From Candidatus Scatovivens sp. (lineage in GTDB: Bacteria > Bacillota > Clostridia > TANB77 > CAG-508): a stretch of DNA of 64,000 nucleotides. The DNA lies in NCBI GenBank assembly GCA_045646345.1, contig JAZRKN010000011.1, positions 94,801-158,800 of the forward strand. The letters run 5' to 3'. Of the stretch, positions 39,642 to 49,455 are shown piece by piece (the stretch's first letter is position 1; every line of letters begins with the position of its first letter). Position numbers and translations under genes: made by a program. Under the pieces are notes generated by a model. That model was given only the letters and a program-made list of their open reading frames with translations, did no database searches and was not told the DNA's origin.

Positions 39642-40703
39642 ATGTTTCAAAGATTAGAAGACGTAGAAAAAAGATATGAAGAACTAAATACTTTAATTAG
39701 TGATCCAGAAGTGATTTCAAGACAAACTGAATGGAAAAACTATATGAAAGAACATAGTGATATTGAAGAGATTGTTTTCAAATATAGAGAATACAAAGCA
39801 ACTAAAAAGAATTTAGAAGATGCAAAAGAAATGATGGAAGATCCAGAAATGAAAGAATTAGCAGAAATGGAAATGTTAGATGCTAAAGAAAAACTTCCAA
39901 TACTTGAAGATGAATTAAAAATTCTTTTAATTCCGAAAGATCCAAATGATGATAAAAACGTTATTTGTGAAATTAGAGCAGGTGCTGGAGGGGAAGAAGC
40001 AGCTTTATTTGCTGGAGTACTTTTCAGAATGTATTCAATGTATGCAGAAAAAAATCGTTTTCAAATCCAAGTTATATATGAAAATGAAACTGGAATTGGT
40101 GGTTATAAAGAAATCTCTTTTATGATTACAGGAAAAGGAGCATACAGTAGATTTAAATTCGAAAGTGGTGTTCATAGAGTACAAAGAGTTCCAGATACAG
40201 AAAGCAGTGGTAGAATTCATACTTCTACAGCAACTGTAGCAGTTCTTCCTGAAGTTGAAGATGTTGATGTAGAAATTAACCCAGCAGATATAAGAATGGA
40301 AGTGTTTAGAGCTTCTGGTGCTGGAGGACAACACGTAAATAAAACTTCTTCAGCAGTTAGATTAATTCACGAACCAACAGGAATTGTTGCTGAATGTCAA
40401 ACTGAAAGATCACAACTTCAAAATAGAGAATATGCAATGAGAATGCTTAGATCAAAAATCTATGATATAGAAAGAGAAAAACAAGAAAAAGCAGTAGCAA
40501 GCGAAAGAAAGAGCCAAGTAGGTTCTGGAGATAGAAGTGAAAAAATCAGAACATACAATTATCCTCAAGGAAGAATAACAGACCATAGAATTGGATTTAG
40601 TGTTTTCCAATTTGAAAACTTCTTAAATGGAGATATGGATGAAATGATAGATAACTTAATTGCTACAGATAGAGCTGAAAAATTAAAAGGAAGTAATGAT
40701 TAA
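39642..40703 (+). CDS. prfA: Peptide chain release factor 1
   Basis: [22 protein letters not shown] (PxT), GAGGQHVN and RTYNYPQGR motifs; start ATG 39642. Confidence 0.97.
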   Translation: MFQRLEDVEKRYEELNTLISDPEVISRQTEWKNYMKEHSDIEEIVFKYREYKATKKNLEDAKEMMEDPEMKELAEMEMLDAKEKLPILEDELKILLIPKDPNDDKNVICEIRAGAGGEEAALFAGVLFRMYSMYAEKNRFQIQVIYENETGIGGYKEISFMITGKGAYSRFKFESGVHRVQRVPDTESSGRIHTSTATVAVLPEVEDVDVEINPADIRMEVFRASGAGGQHVNKTSSAVRLIHEPTGIVAECQTERSQLQNREYAMRMLRSKIYDIEREKQEKAVASERKSQVGSGDRSEKIRTYNYPQGRITDHRIGFSVFQFENFLNGDMDEMIDNLIATDRAEKLKGSND

Positions 40704-40712
40704 TAAAAATAT

Positions 40713-40747
40713 AAGAAGAACTTAGAAGAAATCTAAGTTCTTTTTTT
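40713..40747. terminator. Bidirectional intrinsic terminator
   Basis: AAGAACTTAGA-AGAAA-TCTAAGTTCTTTTTT between convergent genes. Confidence 0.75.
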
Positions 40748-41481
40748 ATATTACTTTTATAAATAGACCTAAAATAAGTCCAAGCATATTTCCAAGAGAT
40801 GAAAACTTTCCTGAATATCTTTGTTTAGATTCTGGAATTAATTCGCAAGTGATAATATAAAGCATTGCTCCTGCAGCAAAACTAAGAGAAAACCCAATAA
40901 GTGTTAAAGAAACGTTTCCTAATATACATCCGAAAAAAGCACCAAATCCAGTCATAACACCGGATAAAGTGGTTAAAAGAATTGCTTTGGCATTAGGAAT
41001 ACCACTTGTTTTAAGTGGTAAAGAAATAGAGATTCCTTCAGGAATATCGTGAAGAGCTATTGCAAGAGCAAGTTTAAAGCCTAAAGAATTGGATGCTTCA
41101 AAACCAGAACCAATAGCTAATCCTTCGGGAAAATTATGAATAGCAAGACCTGCTGCAATTATAATACCAGTCTTAAAAAGAGAGTTTGAAATGTGTGACT
41201 TTTTCATTATTTTATTTTCGATGAAGTTATTACAAATAATCATACAAGTAATTCCAATTAGAATTCCAAGTATACAAAATGATATATTAATAAATTTTAA
41301 AGCTTCTGGTATTAAATCAAAACAAATAATTGCAGTCATAAGACCGAGCAGAAAATTCTAAAACAAAGCAAAGAAATTTATTTGATTTTAAATTAATAAA
41401 AGCGCCTAGAAGACCACCAAAAAATGTACCAATAATTCCAAAAATAAGACCATATAAACTTGTTATTCCTAAATTTTTCAT
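40746..41481 (-). CDS. ZIP family (ZupT-like) metal transporter, interrupted by a +1 frameshift at CGG 41346-41344 (about 244 aa when joined)
   Basis: ATG 41481 with SD AAGGA gives MKNLGITSLYGLIFGIIGTFFGGLLGAF...LEFSA, then an extra C, then GLMTAIICFDLIPEA...HNFPEG...HDIPEG...FAAGAMLY...ELIPE. Confidence 0.88.
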
Positions 41482-41583
41482 AATTGTTCCTTAAAATTAA
41501 TATTTTTTATTAATCTATTATTAAATACATTAAATTATTCTAAAAATTAAAAAAATTGAGAAAAATGAAAAAAGTAAAAAAAT

Positions 41584-41630
41584 AAACAACTTGTAAAACC
41601 TAACGGAAATAAGGTTTTTAGAAGTTGTTT
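41584..41630 (-). terminator. Inverted repeat, probable terminator
   Basis: AAACAACTT-GT-AAAACCT ... AGGTTTT-TAG-AAGTTGTTT downstream of the 41661 gene. Confidence 0.5.
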
Positions 41631-41660
41631 TGTTTTTTGTTTAAGAATTATTTTTTAAAA

Positions 41661-42245
41661 TTATTTTTCTTCATTGTACTTTAAAATCATTTTTCTTTGA
41701 TATGGAATCAATGAAAGGAATGAGATTGAAAGTCCAATTACTAAAATTATTGTTGATTTTGTTAAATTTGCTTTAGATGTTTCAAAAACAGAATTCATTT
41801 CTGATTGAAGAATTTTAATATGATTTTCAGAGAATACTTCTCTATATTGTACGCTTGCAAGTTCAATTGATTTTAATTGATATTCTAAATTTAAGTTAAG
41901 TAAGCTTAAAAATAAAACAATTGATAACACAATACAAAGAATGAAAAATATATTTAAAGAATTTACAATTATTTTATAATTTTTTGTGTCTGTTTTACAT
42001 TTTTTAAAAACATCATAAGTACTAATTCTACAGATTGAATGAATTATGAAATAAAGAAAGATTACTGATATTAGTGGAAGAGTAATATATAATCCACTTG
42101 CAGTATTAGGTGATAGTTGTCCTAAATAATAATCTCCTATAGCGAAAAATAATAAACAAATAAAAATTGTAATTATTCCATATGATACAAATCCTGTGAT
42201 TATTGCTTTTACAGTAGTTCTAGCAGATATTTCTTTCTTTTCCAT
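41661..42245 (-). CDS. Hypothetical membrane protein
   Basis: Four hydrophobic segments; ATG 42245 follows GGAGG. Confidence 0.75.
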   Translation of the reverse strand: MEKKEISARTTVKAIITGFVSYGIITIFICLLFFAIGDYYLGQLSPNTASGLYITLPLISVIFLYFIIHSICRISTYDVFKKCKTDTKNYKIIVNSLNIFFILCIVLSIVLFLSLLNLNLEYQLKSIELASVQYREVFSENHIKILQSEMNSVFETSKANLTKSTIILVIGLSISFLSLIPYQRKMILKYNEEK

Positions 42246-42398
42246 ATTTTTTCCTCCGTACACTTTTATTCTTAAAAATCATATCATAAACAAAAAATAA
42301 ATACAAGATTTTGAAAAATATATTACACAAAACAAGTTGATTTTTGTGATATTATAAGTTATAACTAAAGTATATTAAAGTCTTTAAAGGAGATTGTT

Positions 42399-42953
42399 AT
42401 GAAGTTAGAAGAAAATAAAATAGAAGTGGATAGTCTTAGATATAAAATGTTTGTGGCAATAGTTACATTAGGTTTTGGTGGATTGGTAATTAAAACTTTA
42501 ATATCATATTTCCAAGGAAATGAATCAATGTTAGTTTTTGCAATACTTTATGCTATAATTCCAGTAATTTCGATTTTTTTATTTAGAGCGGTAACTAGAG
42601 GTAATATAGATAATGCAAAAATAAAAGAAATAGGTCAAAAGGTTCAAGGAGAAATTGTAGAGGTTAAAAAACTAAAAAGGTTTAGAAGTTACACTTTTTC
42701 TCAATGTTTGATTGTAGTTTTTGATGGAAAAACTACAATGGTATGTGATATGTTAGAAAATGAAGCATTGAGTGTTTTAAAAATGTTATTAGATGAATAT
42801 CCATTTCAAACAGTAACGACAGTTCCAGTCGATGTATATACATATAAAAGAAAAGTATTTGTAGATTTGGAAAGTGTTGATCTATCAAAAGTTGATGGAT
42901 ATGAAGATGCAGTAAAACTAGTTGAAGATATGAATGATGATATGACAATGTAA
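42399..42953 (+). CDS. Hypothetical membrane-anchored protein
   Basis: Two N-terminal TMs; SD AAGGAG. Confidence 0.75.
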   Translation: MKLEENKIEVDSLRYKMFVAIVTLGFGGLVIKTLISYFQGNESMLVFAILYAIIPVISIFLFRAVTRGNIDNAKIKEIGQKVQGEIVEVKKLKRFRSYTFSQCLIVVFDGKTTMVCDMLENEALSVLKMLLDEYPFQTVTTVPVDVYTYKRKVFVDLESVDLSKVDGYEDAVKLVEDMNDDMTM

Positions 42954-42965
42954 AAGAAAAAGTTC

Positions 42966-43472
42966 CTATTTAGTAGGAACTTCTTTTTTTATTATATATA
43001 TTGAATAGATATTTGTGATAACACTCATAAAATCAAAAACAGATGAGGTATATGATTTGATATATATATCATATATAAGCCATGTTATCATTGTAAAAAT
43101 AATTAACCATTTAAATTTTATAACATCTTTAATGTCCATAAATAAAGTATATATTATTGTACAAATAAGCGGCAATAAACTTATTAATCCTGATGTACTA
43201 AATAAGATTGCGCAAATAATAGATGTAATTATTATTAATGATTTTGATAATTTATTTAATTTGTTTTTATAACATAAAATATTTCTAATACAACTAATAA
43301 TGTTTGTGATAGCACCAGTAATTCCGCCTAAGACAAAATTGCTTATAACCATTAAAGCAATTTGAATCGTTTGAACAAAGATGATCTTATTTTTGTTCTT
43401 TATTAATCCTGTACATACCATGAGAATAGAGCCTATAAGAGCAATAATATTTCCAATAATTAAATTTGACAT
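42966..43472 (-). CDS. YgjV-family inner membrane protein
   Basis: LGGITGAITNIISCIRN and WLIYDIYIKSY patterns. Confidence 0.75.
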   Translation of the reverse strand: MSNLIIGNIIALIGSILMVCTGLIKNKNKIIFVQTIQIALMVISNFVLGGITGAITNIISCIRNILCYKNKLNKLSKSLIIITSIICAILFSTSGLISLLPLICTIIYTLFMDIKDVIKFKWLIIFTMITWLIYDIYIKSYTSSVFDFMSVITNIYSIYIIKKEVPTK

Positions 43473-43616
43473 ATCGATACCTCTGTATATAAATAATATA
43501 TAAAAATATATACTAAATTTTTATAAAAAACAATAGAGTATTGACTCTATAGTAGTTTTAGTTAATAATGGAATTAGATTTATAAAAAAAAATTAGAGAT
43601 AAAGGAGGGAAGAAGG

Positions 43617-44018
43617 ATGGCACAAAAAAGAGAAAAAACATTTGAAGAACGATTGCTTTCATTAAAAAAAGGATGCGTAATATTAGGAGTATTACAAGCT
43701 TTTTCAGTATATTCTGCTTTATCAGCAGTAACTGATGGGACTGGAAATGTATTAACTTTGGTAATTGCTGTAGTTTTATTAGCAATGTTATATTACATAT
43801 ATAAATATACAAAAGAAAGAAATCCATTAGGACCAAAATTGGAAAAAGCATATGGTATTCTTTTATTGATAGAAGGTGTTCTATACTGTTTGTCTATTGT
43901 TGGAATTTTAATAGGGCTTATCGTAATAGTTCTTGCTTTAGGAATTTTAGATGAAGCAAAATATTTTAAAGAAGCAATCAATAATGGAGTTGTTTCAAAC
44001 GATGATACTGTTTTATAG
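43617..44018 (+). CDS. Hypothetical membrane protein
   Basis: 133 aa, multiple TMs, SD AAGGAGG. Confidence 0.75.
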   Translation: MAQKREKTFEERLLSLKKGCVILGVLQAFSVYSALSAVTDGTGNVLTLVIAVVLLAMLYYIYKYTKERNPLGPKLEKAYGILLLIEGVLYCLSIVGILIGLIVIVLALGILDEAKYFKEAINNGVVSNDDTVL

Positions 44019-44025
44019 GAAAAAG

Positions 44026-44054
44026 AAAAAAGCTGAAGTTACTTCAGCTTTTTT
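44026..44054. terminator. Bidirectional intrinsic terminator
   Basis: AAAAAAGCTGAAGT-T-ACTTCAGCTTTTTT. Confidence 0.8.
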
Positions 44055-44058
44055 CTTT

Positions 44059-44132
44059 TGGAGGCGCCAATCGGATTTGAACCGATGATCAGAGTTTTGC
44101 AGACTCGTGCCTTACCACTTGGCTATGGCGCC
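44059..44132 (-). tRNA. tRNA-Cys(GCA)
   Basis: Reverse complement GGCGCCATAGCCAAGTGGTAAGGCACGAGTCTGCAAAACTCTGATCATCGGTTCAAATCCGATTGGCGCCTCCA, 74 nt. Confidence 0.96.
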
Positions 44133-44156
44133 GATATTTATTTTTTGATAAAAAAA

Positions 44157-44232
44157 TGGAGCGGGAAACGGGGCTCAAACCCGCGACCTATGCCTTGGCA
44201 AGGCATCGCTCTATCAACTGAGCTATTCCCGC
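44157..44232 (-). tRNA. tRNA-Gly(GCC)
   Basis: Reverse complement GCGGGAATAGCTCAGTTGATAGAGCGATGCCTTGCCAAGGCATAGGTCGCGGGTTTGAGCCCCGTTTCCCGCTCCA, 76 nt. Confidence 0.96.
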
Positions 44233-44252
44233 GTCAAAATTAAAGCATAACT

Positions 44253-44281
44253 ATAATAACAGAAAAAAAAAGAAAAGTCAA
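44253..44281 (-). promoter_or_regulatory. SigA promoter of the tRNA-Gly/Cys pair
   Basis: TTGACT-17 bp-TATTAT with extended TG. Confidence 0.75.
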
Positions 44282-44330
44282 TAGGGATTATATTAAATTA
44301 TATGCTAATTAATGAAAAAGTTTACAAAAC

Positions 44331-44359
44331 AAAAGCCTCTATTTTAAATAGAGGCTTTT
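44331..44359 (-). terminator. Intrinsic terminator
   Basis: AAAAGCCTCTATT / AATAGAGGCTTTT. Confidence 0.75.
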
Positions 44360-44376
44360 AAAACATATTCAATTAA

Positions 44377-45186
44377 TTATATATCTAAAAATGGGATTAC
44401 ACCATCACCAGTAATTGTAGATGGTAAGTTTCCATTCCATTTATCGATAAAACTTTTCTTAATTTCTAATTCTTTTAATTTTAATGCTTGATCAGTTATA
44501 CTTGAATTTTGAACTTGCATTACTTTTGCGTTTGCTTCAGCTTCAGCAATTTTCTTTTCATTTTCAATTTTTGCTTTTTCTAATTCGTATTCAGCTTGTT
44601 TTGCTTCTTGTTCAGCAACTTGTTTTTTCTCAATAGCTTGATTATAAGCAAGTGAGAAATCTAAGTCTGTAATATTGAAGTCAATTACGCTAAATCCTCT
44701 AGCTTCAATTTTTCCAGTTAAACTTTCTTCCATTTTATCTGAAACTTCAGATCTTTTTGTTATAAGTTCTTCAGCAGTATATTGTGCTGTAACACTCTTA
44801 ACACTTTCTAGAATAGATGGGCTAATCATGATTGATTCATAATTAACACCTATGTTTTTATAGATATTATATGCGTTATCTACAGCAACATTATAGTTAA
44901 CTGCAACTTTTAAAGTTACCTCTTGTAAATCTCTACTTGCTGTAGAACAATCTATTTCTGCTTTTTGAGTTCTACAATCCATAAGTACAATTCTTTCAAT
45001 CATAGGTATTTGTAAGTTCAAACCTTCTTGAACTATATCTTGACTTGCTTTACCAAATCTTGTTCTAATACCAACAAATCCAGTTGGCACAGAAGTAAAC
45101 GAATTTAAAAGAATAGATAAACAAATAAATACTATTAATAAAATTACAGCTAAAATTAATTTAGCTTTTATCGATGTAACTTTCAT
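44377..45186 (-). CDS. SPFH/prohibitin family protein
   Basis: N-terminal TM, VPTGFVGIRTRFG, EGLNLQIP, YTAEELITKR and AIEKKQVAEQEA motifs. Confidence 0.92.
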   Translation of the reverse strand: MKVTSIKAKLILAVILLIVFICLSILLNSFTSVPTGFVGIRTRFGKASQDIVQEGLNLQIPMIERIVLMDCRTQKAEIDCSTASRDLQEVTLKVAVNYNVAVDNAYNIYKNIGVNYESIMISPSILESVKSVTAQYTAEELITKRSEVSDKMEESLTGKIEARGFSVIDFNITDLDFSLAYNQAIEKKQVAEQEAKQAEYELEKAKIENEKKIAEAEANAKVMQVQNSSITDQALKLKELEIKKSFIDKWNGNLPSTITGDGVIPFLDI

Positions 45187-45421
45187 AAAATTCCTCCTTT
45201 GTTTCCTTTATGAATTTATCAATACATTTATATTATATCATATTATTAACATAAAAGCAAATTATGGGTTTACTTGAGACGATTTCTAAAGGAAAAATAG
45301 GAAAATGTTATTAAATATTTGACATAAAATTAGAAATAATAAGTTATTATAATACGAGATATTTAATTGTAAAATCATTGGTTTTATGATAATATGAGAT
45401 TGATTTTTAAGGAGGTAATTT

Positions 45422-45847
45422 ATGGAATATAAAAAGTTTGAAGATACTTATGTTATAAGATTAAATAAAGGTGAAGAAGTTATTCAATGTTTAAAGGAAT
45501 TATGCAAAAATGAAAATATAAAACTTGCTGAAATAACAGGATTAGGTGCGAGTGATTTTGTTGAGATTGGTGTATTTAATGTGAATACAAAAGAATATAA
45601 TACAAAAGTATTTGAAGGAATGTTTGAAATTACTTCTTTAGTAGGAAATGTAACAATAAAAGATTCTGAAGTTTATCTTCACATTCATATAAATTTTGGA
45701 GATGAAGATGGAGTAGTAAAAGGTGGTCATTTGGTAAAAGCTAAAATTTCTGCGACTTCAGAAATTATTTTAAGAAAAATAGAAGGAAATGTAAATAGAA
45801 AATTAAGTGAAGAAATAGGATTAAATTTATTAGATTTTAATGAATAA
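45422..45847 (+). CDS. PPC/DUF296 domain protein
   Basis: EITSLVGN, YLHIH and GGHL motifs. Confidence 0.9.
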   Translation: MEYKKFEDTYVIRLNKGEEVIQCLKELCKNENIKLAEITGLGASDFVEIGVFNVNTKEYNTKVFEGMFEITSLVGNVTIKDSEVYLHIHINFGDEDGVVKGGHLVKAKISATSEIILRKIEGNVNRKLSEEIGLNLLDFNE

Positions 45848-45890
45848 ATAAAATAAAAAGAAGAATACTAAAAAGAAAAAGGAGAATTTA

Positions 45891-47168
45891 ATGAATAAGA
45901 CTAGTTTTGAATTAAAACAAGGAATAAAAGCTCATTTTATAAAAACAGATTTATATAAAACGGATCTTTCATGTATTATAATGACTACACCATTAAAAAG
46001 AGAAACGGTAACTAAAAATGCTTTAATTCCGTTTTTACTTAGAAGAGGAACAAAGAAACTACCAAATTTATCAGAAATAAATAAAAAATTAGAAGATATG
46101 TATGGTGCAAGTTTCAATTGTGGTATTGATAAAATGGGAGACAATGTTGTTTTAAAGTTCTATATTGAATCAATAAATAATGATTATGCTCTTAACCATG
46201 AAGATGTCTTAAAAATGAATCTAGAGAGTTTGATTGATATTGTATTTGATCCTGTTCAAAATGGAGATTTATTAAATGAAGATTTCTTGTGTTTAGAAAA
46301 AGAGAATTTGAAAAAAGTAATTAATAGAAAAATAGATGATAAAGATTCATATGCATTAGAAGCTTGTATTTCTAAAATGTATGGTGATGAAAAGTTTGGT
46401 CTATATAAATATGGTTATATTGAAGATGTTGATTCTATAACAATTGAGGAAGTTTCAGAATATTATAATTGGTTAATTCAAAATTCAAAAATAGATATTT
46501 TCATTTCTGGTGATTTAAATGAAAATGATGTGAAAGAATTTTTAAATAGAAATGATAATATCAAAAAGTTGAAACCAAGAACAGAAAGTTATATTTTAAA
46601 CAATGAATTCACAGAAAGTAAACAAATTGTGGAAAACGTAAGTGAAATTTCAGAGCAAATGGAAGTTACACAAGGAAAACTTGTAATGGGATTGGATATT
46701 GTTTCAAATATGGAAAACTTGCAAGTTGTTTCAGTGGTTTATAATGCTATTTTAGGAGATGGAGCAAATTCAATGATGTTCCAAAATGTAAGAGAAAAAG
46801 CTGGGTTAGCATATTCTGCAAGAAGTACATTTGTAAAACAAAAAATGAATATTTTTATAAGATGTGGAATTCAGATTGAAAATTATGAAAAGGCAGTAAA
46901 AATTATAAAAGAACAATTAGAAAATATAAAAAACGGTGAATTTACAGATGAAGACATTCAAAATAGTAAAACATATTTAATTTCATCTTTAAAGAGTGTA
47001 GAAGAAGAACAAGACACGGAAATTATTTATTATATAGGTCAAGAAATTTCTAAAATGAATATGACTATAGAAGAATATATTGAAAAGATTGAAAATGTAA
47101 CAAGAGAGCAAATTATAGAAATTGCAAATTCTGTTCATTTAAATACAATTTATTTCTTGCGTTCATAA
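45891..47168 (+). CDS. M16 peptidase-like protein, inactive subunit (YmfF-like)
   Basis: LEDMYGA, QGKLVMG and FQNVREKAGLAY motifs; no HxxEH; precedes the YmfH-like gene. Confidence 0.85.
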   Translation: MNKTSFELKQGIKAHFIKTDLYKTDLSCIIMTTPLKRETVTKNALIPFLLRRGTKKLPNLSEINKKLEDMYGASFNCGIDKMGDNVVLKFYIESINNDYALNHEDVLKMNLESLIDIVFDPVQNGDLLNEDFLCLEKENLKKVINRKIDDKDSYALEACISKMYGDEKFGLYKYGYIEDVDSITIEEVSEYYNWLIQNSKIDIFISGDLNENDVKEFLNRNDNIKKLKPRTESYILNNEFTESKQIVENVSEISEQMEVTQGKLVMGLDIVSNMENLQVVSVVYNAILGDGANSMMFQNVREKAGLAYSARSTFVKQKMNIFIRCGIQIENYEKAVKIIKEQLENIKNGEFTDEDIQNSKTYLISSLKSVEEEQDTEIIYYIGQEISKMNMTIEEYIEKIENVTREQIIEIANSVHLNTIYFLRS

Positions 47169-47211
47169 AATTAAGCGCAATAAAAAATAAGTTTTATAGG
47201 GAGAAAAGATA

Positions 47212-48486
47212 GTGCAAATAATAGAAAATGATAAAATTAAAGAAAAACTTTATATTGAAAAATTAGATAATGGTTTGACAATAATGGTTTTGCCTAAAAA
47301 AACAAGAAAAAAATATATTGTTTGGAGTGCTAATTTTGGATCAATAGATAATAAATTCTATGCTCCAGGAGAAAAGATTTTAACAGTACTTCCAGATGGA
47401 ATTGCCCATTATTTAGAACATAAATTATTTGAACAAGAAAGCGGAAAAAATAGTTTGGATACATTATGTGCTTTAGGTGTAGATGCTAATGCATATACTA
47501 CAAATGATCATACAGCTTATCTTTATGAATGTACAGAAAATTTTGATGAAGCTTTAGAAGAATTTATGAATTATGTTCAAAATCCTTACTTTACAGATGA
47601 AAATGTAGAAAAAGAACGTGGAATCATAGAACAAGAAATAATGATGTATGATGATTATCCAGATTGGGCGTTATACATGAATGCAATGAAATCTATGTAT
47701 AAGGACAATGAAATAAATATAGATGTTGCAGGAACCAAAGAAACTATTGCAAAAATAACTAAAGAAAAATTATATAAAATATATAATTCTTTTTATAGAC
47801 CTGAAAACATGCTAATGGTTTTGTCAGGAGATTTCTGTCCAGAAGAAATCATAGAAAAATTAAAAACAATGATTACAATGAAAGCAAATCCTGAAGAAAC
47901 AAAAAGAGTTTATAATAAAGAACAAGAAGAAATTACTCAAAATTATATTGAAAAAGAAATGAATATAAGTATGCCTATTGTATTACTTGCATATAAAGAT
48001 AATGATTTGACAAGTGATAAAGTAAAAAAAGATATAGCAATAGATATTTTAGGAACGATAATTTTTGGAAAAAGCTCAAAACTTTTTGAAAAATTATATG
48101 AAGAGGGAAAAATCTTTTCTGAACCAAGCATAAATTATGAGTTTTCAAAAACATTTGCTCATATTTTAATACAACTACAAACAAATTATGTTCCAGAAGT
48201 TGTAGAAGAAATAAAAGTATTTATAGAAAACTTACAAAAAAATGGAATTCCAGATGATGATTTTCAAAGAGCAAAAAGAAGAGTATATGGTGATTTAGTA
48301 AAAGATTATAATGATGTTGCAGATATTGCGACAGGATTTGTAACAGATTATTTTAAAGGAATAAATTCTTTTGATTATTTTGAAGAATTTAATATTATAA
48401 ACAAAGAGTACATTGAAAAAATATTAAAAGAGTTATTTGTTGAAGATAAGATGGTAGTATCAGTTGTAAAACCAATAAAAAAATAG
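47212..48486 (+). CDS. M16 zinc peptidase (YmfH-like)
   Basis: GIAHYLEHKLFE, NAYT and VEKERGIIEQEI motifs. Confidence 0.9.
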   Translation: MQIIENDKIKEKLYIEKLDNGLTIMVLPKKTRKKYIVWSANFGSIDNKFYAPGEKILTVLPDGIAHYLEHKLFEQESGKNSLDTLCALGVDANAYTTNDHTAYLYECTENFDEALEEFMNYVQNPYFTDENVEKERGIIEQEIMMYDDYPDWALYMNAMKSMYKDNEINIDVAGTKETIAKITKEKLYKIYNSFYRPENMLMVLSGDFCPEEIIEKLKTMITMKANPEETKRVYNKEQEEITQNYIEKEMNISMPIVLLAYKDNDLTSDKVKKDIAIDILGTIIFGKSSKLFEKLYEEGKIFSEPSINYEFSKTFAHILIQLQTNYVPEVVEEIKVFIENLQKNGIPDDDFQRAKRRVYGDLVKDYNDVADIATGFVTDYFKGINSFDYFEEFNIINKEYIEKILKELFVEDKMVVSVVKPIKK

Positions 48487-48496
48487 GGGGTTAAAA

Positions 48497-49315
48497 ATGG
48501 ATTTAGTAACATTTCCAGGATTAAATTTAGAATTCGAATTTTCAAAAATTGCATTTTCTATATTTGGAGTATCAGTTTATAAATATGCTATTTGTATAGT
48601 ATTAGGTATTGCTGTAGCATTAATATTTTGCAAACTTGCAAAAGAAAAATTTGAAATTGATTATAATTTCGTTTTAGAAAATACAATTTTAGCAATAATA
48701 TTTGGAACAATAGGTGCAAGATTATATTTTGTATTATTTAACTTAGACTATTACTCAAAGCACATATCTGAAATATTTAATTTTAGAAGTGGTGGATTAG
48801 CGATTTATGGCGGATTAATATTTGGAGCAATCGCAATAATTATTAATTGTAAAATCAGAAAAAAAGATATTTTAAATTTTTTGGATTATATAATCCCTTA
48901 TGTTGCAATAGCGCAATGCTTTGGAAGATTTGGTAATTTCTTTAATGTCGAGGCTTATGGTTATGAAACAACTTCTTTTATAAGAATGGGAATAACAACA
49001 ATTAATGGATATATGGAAGTTCATCCAACATTTCTTTATGAAGCTATAGCAACATTTATTATTTTTATTGTATTAAGATATATTCAAAAAAGAAGAAATT
49101 ATAAAGGACAAGTTATTTTATGGTATGCTTTACTATATTCTTTTATAAGAACGTTTATAGAAGGATTAAGAGCTGATAGCTTAATGATTTTTAATTTAAG
49201 AGCGTCTCAAATTTTATCTATAATAATTTTAGTTTCTTCAATCTCAATAATGGTTTGTAGAAGATTTTGTAATAAGCTTAAAAGTTCTAAACAAGAAGAT
49301 GGTGAGCAAAATTAA
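48497..49315 (+). CDS. lgt: Prolipoprotein diacylglyceryl transferase
   Basis: GARLYFV, GGLAIYGG, GRFGNFFNVEAYG, HPTFLYE and EGLRAD motifs. Confidence 0.95.
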   Translation: MDLVTFPGLNLEFEFSKIAFSIFGVSVYKYAICIVLGIAVALIFCKLAKEKFEIDYNFVLENTILAIIFGTIGARLYFVLFNLDYYSKHISEIFNFRSGGLAIYGGLIFGAIAIIINCKIRKKDILNFLDYIIPYVAIAQCFGRFGNFFNVEAYGYETTSFIRMGITTINGYMEVHPTFLYEAIATFIIFIVLRYIQKRRNYKGQVILWYALLYSFIRTFIEGLRADSLMIFNLRASQILSIIILVSSISIMVCRRFCNKLKSSKQEDGEQN

Positions 49316-49332
49316 ACCCCAATTGAGAATAA

Positions 49333-49339
49333 TGTCGAA
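49333..49339 (+). promoter_or_regulatory. Spo0A box candidate
   Basis: Perfect TGTCGAA about 120 bp upstream of the Spo0E-like gene. Confidence 0.45.
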
Positions 49340-49455
49340 AAATGTCTTACGAAACATTGATTAAATGCAGTTATTTCGTTGACTTTTGTATGTCAAAATG
49401 TTATTTTAAAAACATACAAAAGAGGAATAATTTGTAAAAAAAGGAGATGAGTGAG

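Noticed and set aside
39642-40703. RF2-type programmed frameshift in the release factor
   Set aside because: The PxT motif identifies it as RF1, and the ORF is continuous.
44058-44243. 61-aa ORF MEAPIGFEPMIRVLQTRALPLGYGA...
   Set aside because: It is the antisense translation of tRNA-Cys and tRNA-Gly.
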